NCBI RefSeq assembly: GCF_001194135.2
Contig: NC_068990.1
Location: 16,588,882 to 16,652,881, forward strand
Direction: 5' to 3'
Origin: Octopus bimaculoides
Taxonomy: Eukaryota
DNA: 64,000 bases
A program made the translations under genes and the position numbers. Positions 1 through 12,302 of this stretch are shown piece after piece; the stretch's first letter is position 1, and each line of letters begins with the position of its first letter. A model generated the notes under the pieces. It saw nothing but the letters and a program-made list of their open reading frames with translations. It was not told the origin of the DNA and did not search any database.

Positions 1-27
1 AATAATTATTAAATTTCACTGTAATTA

Positions 28-860
28 TACTATCATAACTAGAGGAGAAATTTCAACTACCAGAACTAGAGAAGAAATTTCAGGTATAGAAGCAAGGTCT
101 GGGATCAAAGGGCCTTCAAGTTAACAAAGAAAAAAAAACCAAAGTATTGATATGTAGGAAAACAGACAAATTGCAGATACCTTCAGGGAGATGGCCCTGC
201 TCAATATGTAGAAAAGGTGTTGGGAGAAACTCCATAAGGTGTACCCAGTGCAAGCTATGGACACAAAAGGTGCAGTGGTATCACTGGACGACTAAGAGAA
301 AGTAGTTTTTAAGTGTGGCAGATGTACAGGTACATTAAACACCAGGAACATATGAAAAATAGACTCCTTCCTATGTCAGGTAGGATCCCTAGAAATAGTA
401 GACAGCTTCCATTACTTGGGTGACCAAGTGGTTGTTCTGAAAGCATAGTTGCTAGAATAAGTATGAGCTGGGTAAAATTCATAGAGCTACTACCTCTGTT
501 AGCCATGAAGGGCCTCTCCTGCAGAATAAAAGGCAGATTGTATGATGCCTGTATACAAGCAGTTATGCTACATGGCAGTGAAACATGGGCTGTAACTACT
601 GAGAATATATGAAGACTTGAAAGAAATGAACCCAGTATGCTTCACTGGATGGGTAATGTCAGTGTGCATATACGACAGAGTTTAAGCTTATACATAACAT
701 CAGAAGTAGTGTGCAAGAGAGAAGACTGCATTGAAATGGCTGTGTAATGTTTATGAAGGAAGACAGTTGCATCAAGGGGTGCCAATCTCTAATTATAGAT
801 GGAACATTTGGAAGGAGATAGACCCAGGAAGATGTGGGATGAAGAGGTGAGAAATGATCT
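28..860 (+). mobile_element. 5'-truncated, degenerate RTE-clade LINE ORF2 fragment (end of RT, embedded PHD-like finger, C-terminal region)
   Basis: Manual translation across frameshifts gives KQGLGSKGLQVN..KTKVLI..GRWPCSICRKGVGRNSIRCTQCKLWT, then LEIVDSFHYLGDQV, KGRLYDACIQAVMLHGSETWAVT and RPRKMWDEEVRNDL. These are typical RTE post-RT motifs. Stops and frameshifts are present. Confidence 0.85.
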
Positions 861-869
861 ACAAACATA

Positions 870-1050
870 AAAACACCCATGCTGGTGCTGCATAAAAGCA
901 CCCAGTACACTCTGTAAAGTGGTTGGCATCCAGCCATAGGAACCATGCCAAAACAAATACGGAACCTGAACAGCCCTTCAGCTGGTCAGCTCCTGTCAAA
1001 CTGTCCAATCCATGCCAGCATGGAAAACGGACATTAAATGTTGATGATGT
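870..1050 (+). repeat. LINE 3'-tail repeat ending CCATGCCAGCATGGAAAACGGACGTTAAA(TGA)n
   Basis: It directly follows the RTE fragment. The same tail recurs at about 2240-2285, 3368-3410, 13295-13480 and 29115-29160 (+), and at about 6180-6245, 8335-8475, 14110-14280 and 22960-23230 (-). Confidence 0.75.
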
Positions 1051-1148
1051 ACACCTTAAACTTTGTGACAATGTATTTTGTTTATGTTTTTATTATAGAA
1101 TACAATTGCAATTCATTGATTCATTATATTTTTATTCTTACATTTTAG

Positions 1149-1749
1149 AACTATTTAAATTCCCTGAAGAAACAAACCAAAGGTGGTACTGTAACATTCA
1201 AAGACATCAGTGATATTTCTTTCTCCAGTGAAGAGACAAGCATTGATATCTCTGACTCAAGTAAGCAGGATGTTCAGGAGAAATTTTTTAAAAAGGACTT
1301 AAATTTTCGAAACAATTCATTTATAAAACCATCACCTAATCTATCCATTATGAAACGGAGTCAAACTGATGAGCTGTTAAATTCGAAATCTTTTGATTCA
1401 GAAATTGGTAACCTCACACCTTCATTTCAAAAAGAAAAAAGCTCAGCACAGACTTCAAGTGCATTGGAGAGAGCTTCTAAACTGTTTGCCAAATTTGGAA
1501 AAAAATCTTCTGATATTGGTAGATCCTCTGGAGTGAAGTTACATAAAAATGATAATGAAAGTAGCTCTGGGAAATTACAGAATGACAGAAAGAACTACAG
1601 TCATGATCTTGACAGATCTACATCAGATGACAATATTGGCAAAAGTGGTCGACGTTTTCTAAAGCCACAGTTATCCAAAGAATCATACAGTGGTGTTCTA
1701 TCAGCTGTTACAGACAAAGAATCAGAAAAAAAATCTGAATTAAAAACAG
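1149..1749 (+). CDS. C19orf44: C19orf44/DUF4614-like protein, first exon visible in the window (NYLNSLKKQTKGGTVTFKDISDISFSSEE...KKSELKT)
   Basis: Acceptor cattttAG at 1147-1148, open frame of 601 nt, donor ACAG|GTTAGT at 1750. Phase 0 in, phase 1 out, matching the next exon. The start codon is presumably upstream of the window. Confidence 0.8.
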
Positions 1750-1984
1750 GTTAGTTGAATTGATTCACTTTGAAATGATTGATATCAAGTGTTTTGTTGG
1801 ATTTATTTTTCTTATATTTATAATTGCAAGCATGGATGGCTTTGTGGTTAAGATGTTTGCTTTGGAACTATGTTGTTAGCGGTTCAGTTCATTGTATGGA
1901 TGGTTTTGGCTAATGTTCTGTACTATAGCTGATGGTAAACTAATACTTTGTGAGTGAAATTGGTAGACAGAAACTGAAAGAAGC

Positions 1985-2018
<34 letters not shown>

Positions 2019-2539
2019 ATGCGTGTGTGTGTGTGTGTGTATGAGTATGCATACATGTGTTTGTGTGAGCTATTTTGTACTTTCTTGTCTTACACATATT
2101 TGCTAACTTGTAATCGCTTGTAACTTCGTCTGGCTGTTTGTTGTTTGATAGAGGAAATATTACCTTATTTGGAAATAGATAAAGGTTGGTGACAAGAAGA
2201 GCATCTAGCTGTTGAAAATCTGCCTCAAAAAATTCTGTTTCACCCATGCAGGCATGGAAAAGTAGATGTTAAAACGATGATGATATGTGTTTTGTTTGTT
2301 TACCATTTCTTCTGAAACTGTTATCATTGTCACTACAGAGGAATCTTTAGGCAACTCGAATGATGCAGTCATCACTGCTGTCTTTCTTTACTTGACTTAT
2401 ATGTCTGATTTCTGTCCCCCTTTTTAATCTTTTCTGATGAGTTTTAGTGCACCTCAGCACTGTCTACAATAAGCTGCACAAACTCTTGTTTCATTGTTCA
2501 TTCCAAGCGAGAGAATAATCTTCCCTCAAGTATATATAC

Positions 2540-2601
<62 letters not shown>

Positions 2602-2691
2602 TCATGACTAATTCTAATGATTTCTGGCCTTGTCTTATTTGGCAAGCATTAGATTTCCACCATTCTTTCATGTTGTCATGTTGTATTCCAG

Positions 2692-2816
2692 AAAGTGTCA
2701 AAGAAGTCTCACATAGTTACTCTGGTGTGACGTCAGGTGATGAAAGTCTGGCAGAGTTTATTGGTAGACTTGAATCTCCAAGTGAAGTGACTCATGAAGA
2801 TGTCCCAAAGGAACTT
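2692..2816 (+). CDS. C19orf44: C19orf44-like exon (ESVKEVSHSYSGVTSGDESLAEFIGRLESPSEVTHEDVPKEL)
   Basis: Acceptor ttgtattccAG, donor CTT|GTAAGT at 2817. Phase 1 in and phase 0 out fit both neighbours. Confidence 0.85.
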
Positions 2817-2914
2817 GTAAGTTAATCTGTGAGATAGATCTTAAATCTCTCTTCTCTGTCTTGCAGAGTATATTTCTAGTTTCTCTTTGCCTTATAAACA
2901 TTATTATTATTATT

Positions 2915-3362
2915 ATTTGATGAAAACTCTCAGCTTTTGTTGAGTATGATGGAAAGTGTCAGCTGTCCACAGTAAGTAGACTAAGGTATCACTTGTTTAC
3001 TGGTCATGCTTCAAGAACCTTGCAAAGAATTCTTGCAGTTCCAAGCCATGCTGATTTTTGCAGGTGTTCTACCTTCACGCTTGTACCAATCTTTTTGAGC
3101 CATGTTGGTAGTTGAGTGCTGATACTTCCAAGTGTGCCAATTACTATTGGTATCATGTCTACTCTGCTCATTGACCACAACCTTCGTATTTCCCATTTCA
3201 AATTGTTGTAGTTGTTCAGTTTTTTTTCCTTCTTTCTCTTTGATCCTGTTGTCACTGGGGCATGCTATGTTGATTATCATGCATGTTCTTTCATTTTTAT
3301 TCACCACAACAATGTCTGGTCAGATGATCACACTGAGTCATTGCGTTACACAGAATTTTGAA
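2915..3362 (-). mobile_element. R4/Dong-clade non-LTR retrotransposon 3' fragment (restriction-enzyme-like endonuclease)
   Basis: Minus strand reads PDIVVVNKNERTCMIINIACPSDNRIKEKE..K, then NNLKWEIRRLWSMSRVDMIPIVIGTLG..LQKSAWLGTARILCKVLEA*. The 3' end abuts a (TAA)n tract at 2902-2918. Confidence 0.8.
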
Positions 3363-3481
3363 ACTTTGGAAAGCGGACGTTAAACGATGATGATGATGAT
3401 GATGATGATGGTGATTTCTGAGCTTTGCTCACACCAAGGCTTTGTAGGCTGTGATTTCCACAGAGCTCCCAATTATCATCA

Positions 3482-3529
<48 letters not shown>

Positions 3530-4107
3530 AGGATGCATAGCCTAGTAGTTAGGGTGTTGCACACATAATCATGAGACTGTGGTTTCAATTCCTAGACTGG
3601 GCAGTGTGTTGTGTTCTTGAGCAAAACACTTCATTGTGTGTTACTTTGTGATCATTTCGACTCCTGATGCGTAGTACACCATGCACCTGTACAGGCAATG
3701 TCAATTTGATGGAGGGAGTGAGCTAATGTACACCACATGCATTTGATCATTATAAACAAAATCATTTGCGCAGGTCATTTAGCAAAAGCTGAACACTCAT
3801 ACGTTATCTTTTACGAGAGAATCCATCATTAATAACAATAATAATAATATTGCTCTAAAATTTTGGCACAAGGCCAGCAATTTTAGGGGAAGGTAAGTTG
3901 ATTACATCAACCCCAGTGCTTGATTGCTATTTATTTCATCAACCACAAAAAAATGAAAGGCAAAGCTGATCTTAGCAGAATTTGAACTCAGAACATAAAG
4001 CTAGAAGAAATGCTGCTGAGCATTTTGTCTGGCATATTAATGATTCAGCCAGCTTGCCACCTGAATAATATTAATAAAAATAATAATGACGACGATGATT
4101 CCCAGTT

Positions 4108-4385
4108 AAGTACCTGGACCTAGCCATTGAGTTACAAAGGCTATGGGAAGTGTATGTGAAATGTATCCCTGTAGTGACAGGTGGATTAGGAACTATCCTT
4201 AAAGAATTGAATAGATAGATAGAGGAAATAGGCATAAAACCTAGTTTAGTGCAGCTCCAGAAAACAGTATTATTAGAGACAGCTAGGATAGTTAGGAAGG
4301 TTCTTAGCATCTAAGGTTACTTGTTACAGCCCTATACAAGGAAGTTTTCTTTTCCAATAGTTTCATCTGTTGTGCGTGTATGAAA
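4108..4385 (+). mobile_element. Second R4/Dong-clade 3' fragment (different subfamily)
   Basis: KYLDLAIELQRLWEVYVKCIPVVTGGLGTILKEL..LQKTVLLETARIVRKVLSI*, stop at 4312-4314. Flanked by TAA-type repeats on both sides. Confidence 0.8.
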
Positions 4386-4440
4386 TAATAATAATAATAG
4401 TAGTAAAAAATAATACTTTAAATTTTCTTTTCTCCACTAG

Positions 4441-4717
4441 AAGCAGAATAAAGATTTTCCATCCAAAAATAAATCTTTGCCACACAAGCCACATATCTCC
4501 TTTTTACGTGTGCGGAGTCCTTCACCATCTCGTAAGATTTCCACCTCACGTACACCCTCACCTGGTGTCAAGTCTTCCATTGAAGATAAGACGGTTGCAG
4601 AGTCTTTAACTGCAGAGACAATACCAGAAGAAGAAGATGAAGCAGATGTAGAAGAAGTTCTCTCTGAAAGCAATGAACAAGAGGACGAGGTGGACTTGAG
4701 CGAAGATCTTTCGAGAA
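4441..4717 (+). CDS. C19orf44: C19orf44-like exon (KQNKDFPSKNKSLPHKPH...EDEVDLSEDLSR)
   Basis: Acceptor ttttctccactAG, donor AGAA|GTTAGT at 4718. Phase 0 in, phase 1 out. Ser/Glu-rich like the other exons. Confidence 0.85.
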
Positions 4718-7010
4718 GTTAGTAAATTTATCCTATGGCAATATGTGTGCATGTGTATGTGTGTGTGATGTGAAGGCATGTGTCTTAGTGGTTGGGTATT
4801 TGGTACACAAGCAAAAGGTCATGAGTTCAATACTTGGCAGCATGTTTTGTCTTTGAGCAATTTCATATTTTTCTAGTCCACTCATGAGCTGTGCTTGTAA
4901 TTCAAAAAGACTGGCCTTGTTACATTCTATTTCATGCTGAGTTTCCCTAAGAATTATGTCTGTGGAGTACTCTGCCACTTGCACATTAATTTCAGCAGGC
5001 TGTTCTGTCAATCAGATTAACTGGAAGACTCATTGCTGTAACATTTACAACTAATTAATGTGGTGTGTATGTATTTTGTGTTGGTGTTGTTTGGGCACTA
5101 AGTTGGCTCTGATTCAGGCAACTTATGATCACAGGCATCTATCTATGACTGTACTATTTGATATGACATATGCAAAAAATCCCCAATCAGCTGAAATTTG
5201 TTTTTGACTGGAAAAGGTAGAAAAACATTCAAAACATCACTATCTATATATCTACATTCATGCCATTGGTCAACTTGAGTTATCTTCCTTAGCTAATTTT
5301 TTTGTAATCATAGGAATGGAAATCACTACTTGTCAAAAATGATTATAACACTTTATCTACTTTCAAATATCTATACCAATTGATTAAGCTGTTCTGTTGT
5401 GCTTTGCTGTTGAGATCTAATAAGGCGGGAACAAGTATATAGCTGTTTCCCTTACCTGCTAACAAGAATCAAATTCCACCCTACCCCCACCCCCCAGGAT
5501 GAAAATTTAATTTTCTGTGAACATAATTAATTTCCAGAAACAGCTCCCTTTTCTTTGAGAGTTAATATTTGCAACTAGTTTTTTTTTCTCCAAGAATTAA
5601 ATTTTAATTCAATTAATTTTTTGCTTAGGTCATTTGGTACATCATAACTTACTCGAGTGATAAATATTCGTCATACGGCAAATTGAGTTACTTCCCTTAG
5701 CTATTTTTTTTAATGTATAAATTTTGCTCCGAACAGGGGAGATAACTATGTTTGTTACTTTATAAAGTTTTTTTTTTGGTTAAATTTGAATTTTAACCTC
5801 CAAATCCCTACAATAAAAATTGTGTGTGTGTGTGTATTTATTTAGGTATGAATATATTTATATAGATGTGTTTCTGTATGTATATATGCCTTAAATTTTT
5901 CTGTTTCTAATTTATTAGTACTCTTCTTAGGCGGGGTGGGGGTGGGGTCAATTTCTCTCAAGGAAATTAAAGCTCATTGGAATTTAGATAACAACAACGA
6001 TAATTGCTACATATCGAACTTGAGAAAAGTCCAGCATATTTTAAGTTTCATTTAAAAATTGTATCAGAAAAGTGTGTATTACCTGTTCTTTTTCTTTACT
6101 TGAAAATCTTAGCTCATATTTGTCAAGACAAATATTTATAAGAGAGGAGGCTGTGTAAATGACCACCACCACCGTCATTGTTGTTGTCACCAGCCTCATC
6201 ATCATCGTCAGTTTATGTCCATTTTACCATGCTGGCATGGGTTGAACACATTATTATGGTTGTGGGCCAGTTTCTATTTGAAGTCACTGCCTTCCTAGAA
6301 AGGTTAGCAGATCATGTCTTGTTCACACATTCCATTTTCAGTTGAATGCTTTCTTTGCAAATTTTATGGTGCTCCTTAACTGTGACACCAAATTAGGCCG
6401 TCATTTTAGCAATCACTTTCACATACATCTTCATTGTGTTCTACTCCAATATGTCAGATCAACCTGCCACCATCAATTATTTCAACACAAGTCACTCCAT
6501 TGCCTTTCTGCCAGTATTTCTCAACACCATGGTTTCACACACCCAGGGAGGTTTGAGGAACAATATTTCATATTCAATCTTGGAACCATGGCATTAATGG
6601 GCTGAAATAAATACTCTTCTGTCTACTACTCCTCCCACTCCTGTTACAGTAATTCCTGTTTTAACCTTTACCTTTCCTCTCACTCAGATCGTCCCTTTAC
6701 CTTACACTTGTACAGTTTCCCTTTTTTGTTTTTTACTTCCCTTTCCTTCTTTTTTTTTCCAAGTGTCTTTATTCTGCTATTTCCTGTCAATGAGTGCACT
6801 CTCCTGTTGTTGGGCAGTCGTTTGGATCCATGTCATTCCATCAGCCTGTTCATCCATTTGTCTGTTTGTCCACTCATCTGCCCTTGCATACAGACACACA
6901 CACACAGAGAATGTACACACATACATACAGACACACACACATACAAACATATACATAGACACACACATTCATGCGTACATACAGGCATAAATACATACAC
7001 AGATACGCAT

Positions 7011-7050
<40 letters not shown>

Positions 7051-7110
7051 GTTCATGTAAATCTGATCACCATGTTTCCTTAATTCTCTGTTATTTCTAT
7101 ATATTTTCAG

Positions 7111-7660
7111 TGAACATTTTCAACATTGATGATTTGGAACTTGCTAGTGCTGTAGTCGTTTCCTCAGAGAAAGAAGAAAGTGAAACTGAAACAAAGGAAC
7201 AAAATGTACAACTGACATCGAAGACACCAAAGAAAAACCTGTTAATAACCAAGAAAGAATCAGATATATCAGTCAGTGAAGATATTCCTGAGAGAGGAAA
7301 TGCAGCCAATATTTTCTCCTCATTTGGAGTTCATAGCATCGAAGAACTTCTACCAAGGAACCATTCAGCTTTAAGTAATCATCAGACTGTAAGTTTTGAA
7401 GGTGCATCCATTGTCAAGACTGCATCACATCTAGAGGAGTCCATTGCAGAATCAGTGCCTGAAGATTCTATTGTGTCCGATGTACCATTAAGCAGGAAGC
7501 GAACACCTTCTGTAGCAGTGTTGGAAACCTATTCTGAAGACTTTACTACTCTGAGTAATTCTAAATCTGAAACTGTAGAGTACACTGAGGACTTCCATAC
7601 TCTTTCTGCTTCTAAAACAATCGACAAAGGGACCAGTACCTCCACTATTTTTGTAACAGA
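7111..7660 (+). CDS. C19orf44: C19orf44-like exon (MNIFNIDDLELASA...ETYSEDF..EYTEDF..STIFVT)
   Basis: Acceptor atattttcAG, phase 1 in. Contains YSEDF/YTEDF acidic motifs of the kind seen in this family. Best donor AGA|GTATGA at 7661 (phase 2); a weaker alternative is at 7653. Confidence 0.85.
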
Positions 7661-7906
7661 GTATGAGCTATCAGATTTTTATCTCTTTGGTCAATAGCAG
7701 TGTGTGGTTATTGATGTTGTTATTACTGTTGTTGTTGTTGCTATTTTTATTTTTTGTTAGGAGAGAAGGCAATGCCTAAGATCCTTTACAGGGTCTCTGT
7801 GACTAGTGGGATGGAGAGAAGAAGGGAGGTCTTCAAACAAGGACCCTGTCCTGAATGCTTGCAATAAAGTAGATTCTGTTAAAGACACTCAGCCAGGTGA
7901 TAGTAT

Positions 7907-8120
7907 CAACCCTTTAGCATTCAGATGACTCTGTCAAATGTAGTTCTTTTTAATTGATATTGTTTTGATTTAATCATATATTATCTTGTAGCTTCAAGAT
8001 TTCAATGCTATGATTGTTTATTTTTAGAATGACATTGTAGTGTAGGTGTGAGAGGTTAAATCTGGCCTGTTTGAACCTATAACAGATTGAATATTTGGGC
8101 AGGTGACCATCCAAGTTAAG
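7907..8120. mobile_element. Degenerate piggyBac-like MITE (AACCCTTTAGCATTCAG ... GTTAA)
   Basis: Starts aaccctttagcattcagatgactctgtc and ends gttaa, resembling TTAA-flanked CCC-terminal MITEs. The TIR match is poor. Confidence 0.4.
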
Positions 8121-9864
8121 TAATGCTACTCAGAGAGGCAACACTAGAATTGAACACCAGAATGCAAAGAACTGGCACAAATACTACAAGGCATCTTGTC
8201 TGACATTCTTACAATTCTGCCTATTCACCACCCCAGAAGGGGAAAGGCAAAGCTGGCTTCACTGGGATCCAAACACAGAAGGCAGAGTGTTGGAAAAAAT
8301 AGCACAATGCAGTTTGTCTGATGCTCTAATCATCATCATCATCATCATCGTTTAACGTCCGCTTTCCATGCTAGCATGGGTTGGACGATTTGACTGGGGA
8401 CTGGCGAAACAGATGGCTGCACCATGCTCCAGTCTGATCTGGCAGAGTTTCTACTGCTGAATGCCTTTCCTAACGCTCTAATGACTCTGTCAATTTGTCT
8501 CTTATTATTGTTAAGTTGTTATTGCTATTGGACATTTCTTGTTCTTCCAAAATAAATTTTGCAAGGTGGGACAAGAATACTCAGATTCTCACAGGAGAGT
8601 GATATTCTGTAGAAGTTGGATGTAGGGGTTTTATTAGGACCCAAACTGAGACAGTGGCAGCTATCAATTACTATCCAACATCGGCAAGCGATGTTAGTGG
8701 AAGTGGTGAGGGTGGTGTTCTGTAAATGGTGTGATCCCTGAAACCTTCTGGCATTCAGTATGTGGAGTTTTCAACTGACTGTACTTGCACTAGTAAGCTG
8801 TTCCTAAGTCTCTTACATGAATGAACACACTATACTCAACTCTAAACAACAGACTGTATTTAAATAGACAGGTGCAGACATAGCTGTGTGGTTAAGGCAT
8901 TAGCTTCTTAACCACGTAGATTTGGGTTCAGTCCTATTTGTGGCATCTTGGGCAAGTCTCCCTCATCACCATATTTTAATGTTGATCTTTCATGCTCACA
9001 TGGATTGGGCAGTCTGACAGGATCTCACAGGTCCAAGAAGTGGATCACGCTCCAGTGTCTGCTTTATCCTAGTTTCTATGATTGGATGCCCTTCCTTATG
9101 CCAACCACTTTACAAAGAGTGGTAAGTGCTTTTTACATGGCTTCAGCACAAGTGAAACCCCCAGGCAGTTTGCAAGACTAAGATCTCTTTTCACTCAGTG
9201 ACCTTCTTATATAGCACTGGGCTGACCAATGTTTTGTCAAGGAATTTGGTAGATGAAAATCGAAAAAAACACAAAAAAACCCGTCACATGTATGTGTGCG
9301 TATTTTCTAACATAGACTGAGTTATGAACGAGGAAGGCAACGTCGTTGTTTGCCGTCCCCAACAAGCAGTGACGTCATCGTTTATGCTTCGACTGCAACC
9401 GAAGTTTGTTGACAGGAAATGTTAACAAAATCATTCTCTATCTCTGCTTTCTCGAATTTTTCCAAGTCAGTGACCAAAATTCAAATACTTTTCTTGAAAA
9501 ACTAGCGGGGGTTGGTTAAAAATCCTCCCTCGAAATCGTCTTCCGTCCGAACTATAATTGCAAGGAAAACAGACGTTAAATGATATAAACGAACGGTGAT
9601 ACTAAGATCTCTCCACTAAACACACTGTCTGAATTGTTATTCCGTTACTGGATTCAATCATTGGACTGTGACCATGCTGGAGTAATATTTTCAAGGCTTT
9701 TAGTCAATTGAAATGTACCCAGTACTTCGCTACTCGTTTTACTGATGTCTATTCAATGGCTGAATTCCTCGAGTTACGTCCCTTTTTGGGAAGTTCACTC
9801 CCCTTACATAGGTAGACTTATAAAGAATTTATACCTGATTAACGTGTGGAACACAAACACAGAT

Positions 9865-9927
<63 letters not shown>

Positions 9928-10846
9928 NNNNNNNNNNNNNNNNNNNNNNNNNNNNNNNNNNNNNNNNNNNNNNNNNNNNNNNNNNNNNNNNNNNNNNNNN
10001 NNNNNNNNNNNNNNNNNNNNNNNNNNNNNNNNNNNNNNNNNNNNNNNNNNNNNNNNNNNNNNNNNNNNNNNNNNNNNNNNNNNNNNNNNNNNNNNNNNNN
10101 NNNNNNNNNNNNNNNNNNNNNNNNNNNNNNNNNNNNNNNNNNNNNNNNNNNNNNNNNNNNNNNNNNNNNNNNNNNNNNNNNNNNNNNNNNNNNNNNNNNN
10201 NNNNNNNNNNNNNNNNNNNNNNNNNNNNNNNNNNNNNNNNNNNNNNNNNNNNNNNNNNNNNNNNNNNNNNNNNNNNNNNNNNNNNNNNNNNNNNNNNNNN
10301 NNNNNNNNNNNNNNNNNNNNNNNNNNNNNNNNNNNNNNNNNNNNNNNNNNNNNNNNNNNNNNNNNNNNNNNNNNNNNNNNNNNNNNNNNNNNNNNNNNNN
10401 NNNNNNNNNNNNNNNNNNNNNNNNNNNNNNNNNNNNNNNNNNNNNNNNNNNNNNNNNNNNNNNNNNNNNNNNNNNNNNNNNNNNNNNNNNNNNNNNNNNN
10501 NNNNNNNNNNNNNNNNNNNNNNNNNNNNNNNNNNNNNNNNNNNNNNNNNNNNNNNNNNNNNNNNNNNNNNNNNNNNNNNNNNNGGAACATATTTCAAATT
10601 ATGTATTACCTGAGAAAATTTTAATGTAAAAGATGTTACATATTAAAAAGTACTGATTTGAGACAGGATTGGCATTAGTATTATAACAATGCTGGCAGTG
10701 CTAAGTAGCTGATGAACTATCTTGTGGGATAAGCCCATTACACACACACACACACACACATATATTATTTTAAATAACGATATATGTAACCCCTACTAAA
10801 TATGTTGAGTGTCTCTTTCTTTCATTTGTCCACTAACTCATATATA

Positions 10847-10997
10847 TGAGGGAGTGCTAAAAAGTTCCTGGCTTTAAGGGTATTCCAAAAGATCTGGTTG
10901 GAGGCCCAAACTTTTGAGTTCTTTTACAGGGTTTAGAAAAACTGAAGGACGGCTGCAATAAGTGTGTGAATCTGAGATGCGAATATGTTGAATATAA
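10847..10997 (+). mobile_element. Internally deleted mariner derivative (TIR plus last ~25 codons of transposase); second copy at 16535-16672
   Basis: TA followed by TGAGGGAGTGCTAAAAAGTTCCTGGCT (mariner-type TIR), then LQGLEKLKDGCNKCVNLRCEYVE, which matches the mariner C-terminal GIxxLxxRWxKCVxxxGxYVE pattern. The 16535 copy has the same deletion structure. Confidence 0.75.
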
Positions 10998-11038
10998 TTG
11001 TAATTAACTGATCCTCCTGTATTTTCTTTTCCCCAAAG

Positions 11039-11081
11039 GCAGGGACTTTCTGGCACTCCGGTATTATCTGCACAGCTCAAA
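11039..11081 (+). CDS. C19orf44: Candidate 43-nt C19orf44-like micro-exon
   Basis: Strong acceptor attttcttttccccaaAG and donor AA|GTAAGG. Reads QGLSGTPVLSAQLK (phase 2 to 0) or AGTFWHSGIICTAQ (phase 0 to 1). The frame cannot be fixed from sequence alone. Confidence 0.6.
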
Positions 11082-12138
11082 GTAAGGTGAATAAAGTCAA
11101 AATAAGCAAGATATCAAGTAGTGATGCAGTACGACTGTTTCAAGGGGATCCATTTAATTGAACAAATTTAATTGAATAATTTTTCTTAAGTATTTTAACA
11201 AAGTAAGAAGATGTAGCTAAGAATAGACTACAACTTCTAAGAATTGAATGGAGCATAGTGGGGTCATAGGGTTGTAAGGGTTGTAATTCATTTCTAATTC
11301 ATTTATCACTTTATCAACTACTAAATCTGAAACTAGAAAACTGTTTCTACTCTGAATAAAGGACAAGAGTGAGTTGACAGCTCATGGCTAGGTATGGTCA
11401 TAAATATTATCATAGGTGTCCCTTTTGCTCCAGGGAGGAAATAAGACATTAGTAGTAGTCAGTTGGATATAAGTAACTGTCTATAAAAAAAGGCAGGGTA
11501 GGAGTAGACTTGTATATAGATAGTTGATAATAACGCCAACATTAATGTAGGTGGTTGCTGGCCTAAAATAGCATTATATAGCTATAGAATTAAAATTAAA
11601 TCAATCATAAGGATGCACACATATGTCTACCTGCTAGAAATGAGAGCTAAAACCTTCGTTTAAATCATCAAAGTGACGCTGAAAATAATAACAAAATCAA
11701 CAGTACTCGGCCAAAATGGATTGAAAAAATTCCCTCACATACCTATATAGCGTAAAGCTATATTAATGTTGCTGTTATTATCAACTATTTATATTGCCTT
11801 TGATAACAATAGCAATATTAGTATCTATATAAATATTCAATCCTGAATATTTGCTCCTGATATATATGTATGTGTGTGTGTGTGTGTATTTGTGTCCTTT
11901 TGTCTTAACAGCTCTCAATAGTTGTAAACCACTGTCAGCCTTATACAATTAGTAATATTTCTCCATGTCTGGCCATGGGGAAATATTACATTACTTGGAA
12001 GCAGGCGAGTGTTGGCACTTCATGACTTATCCTGTAAATGTTGTTAATTTAGTCATAAATAAATAAAAACCCCAATTTCTTGTTAATTTTATGGTCATGT
12101 AATGGGTAAATTCTTTCTTTTATTGCCTTTGTTTTCAG

Positions 12139-12302
12139 ACCAGAATGTCTACAACCCCAACTTACAAGTTGTCCAGGATATGATGAGGCAGCAAGTAGAA
12201 TTTACACAGCAGTTCTGTGAATCACAGAAATACCTTTACCATACTCTCACAGACAGTATTCAACCATCCTATGTATACACCACGCTGAAAGACACCAAAG
12301 AG
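12139..12302 (+). CDS. C19orf44: C19orf44-like exon, DUF4614 core (QNVYNPNLQVVQDMMRQQVEFTQQFCESQKYLYHTLTDSIQPSYVYTTLKDTKE)
   Basis: Matches my recollection of the C19orf44 C-terminal domain ([23 protein letters not shown]...FHYHTLEEAKEYI). Acceptor ttttcAG at 12137-12138 (or the next cAG, giving a 12144 start). Donor GAG|GTGACT. Confidence 0.9.

Noticed and set aside
7761-7896. Acceptor/donor pair after the fourth C19orf44 exon
   Set aside because: All three frames from the strong acceptor contain stops. The open partial frame needs a weak acceptor with a mismatched phase.
10704-10735. CTGATGA followed by a TATC/GATA hairpin
   Set aside because: No GAAA, stem III or cleavage site follows. 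At best it is a truncated hammerhead half.
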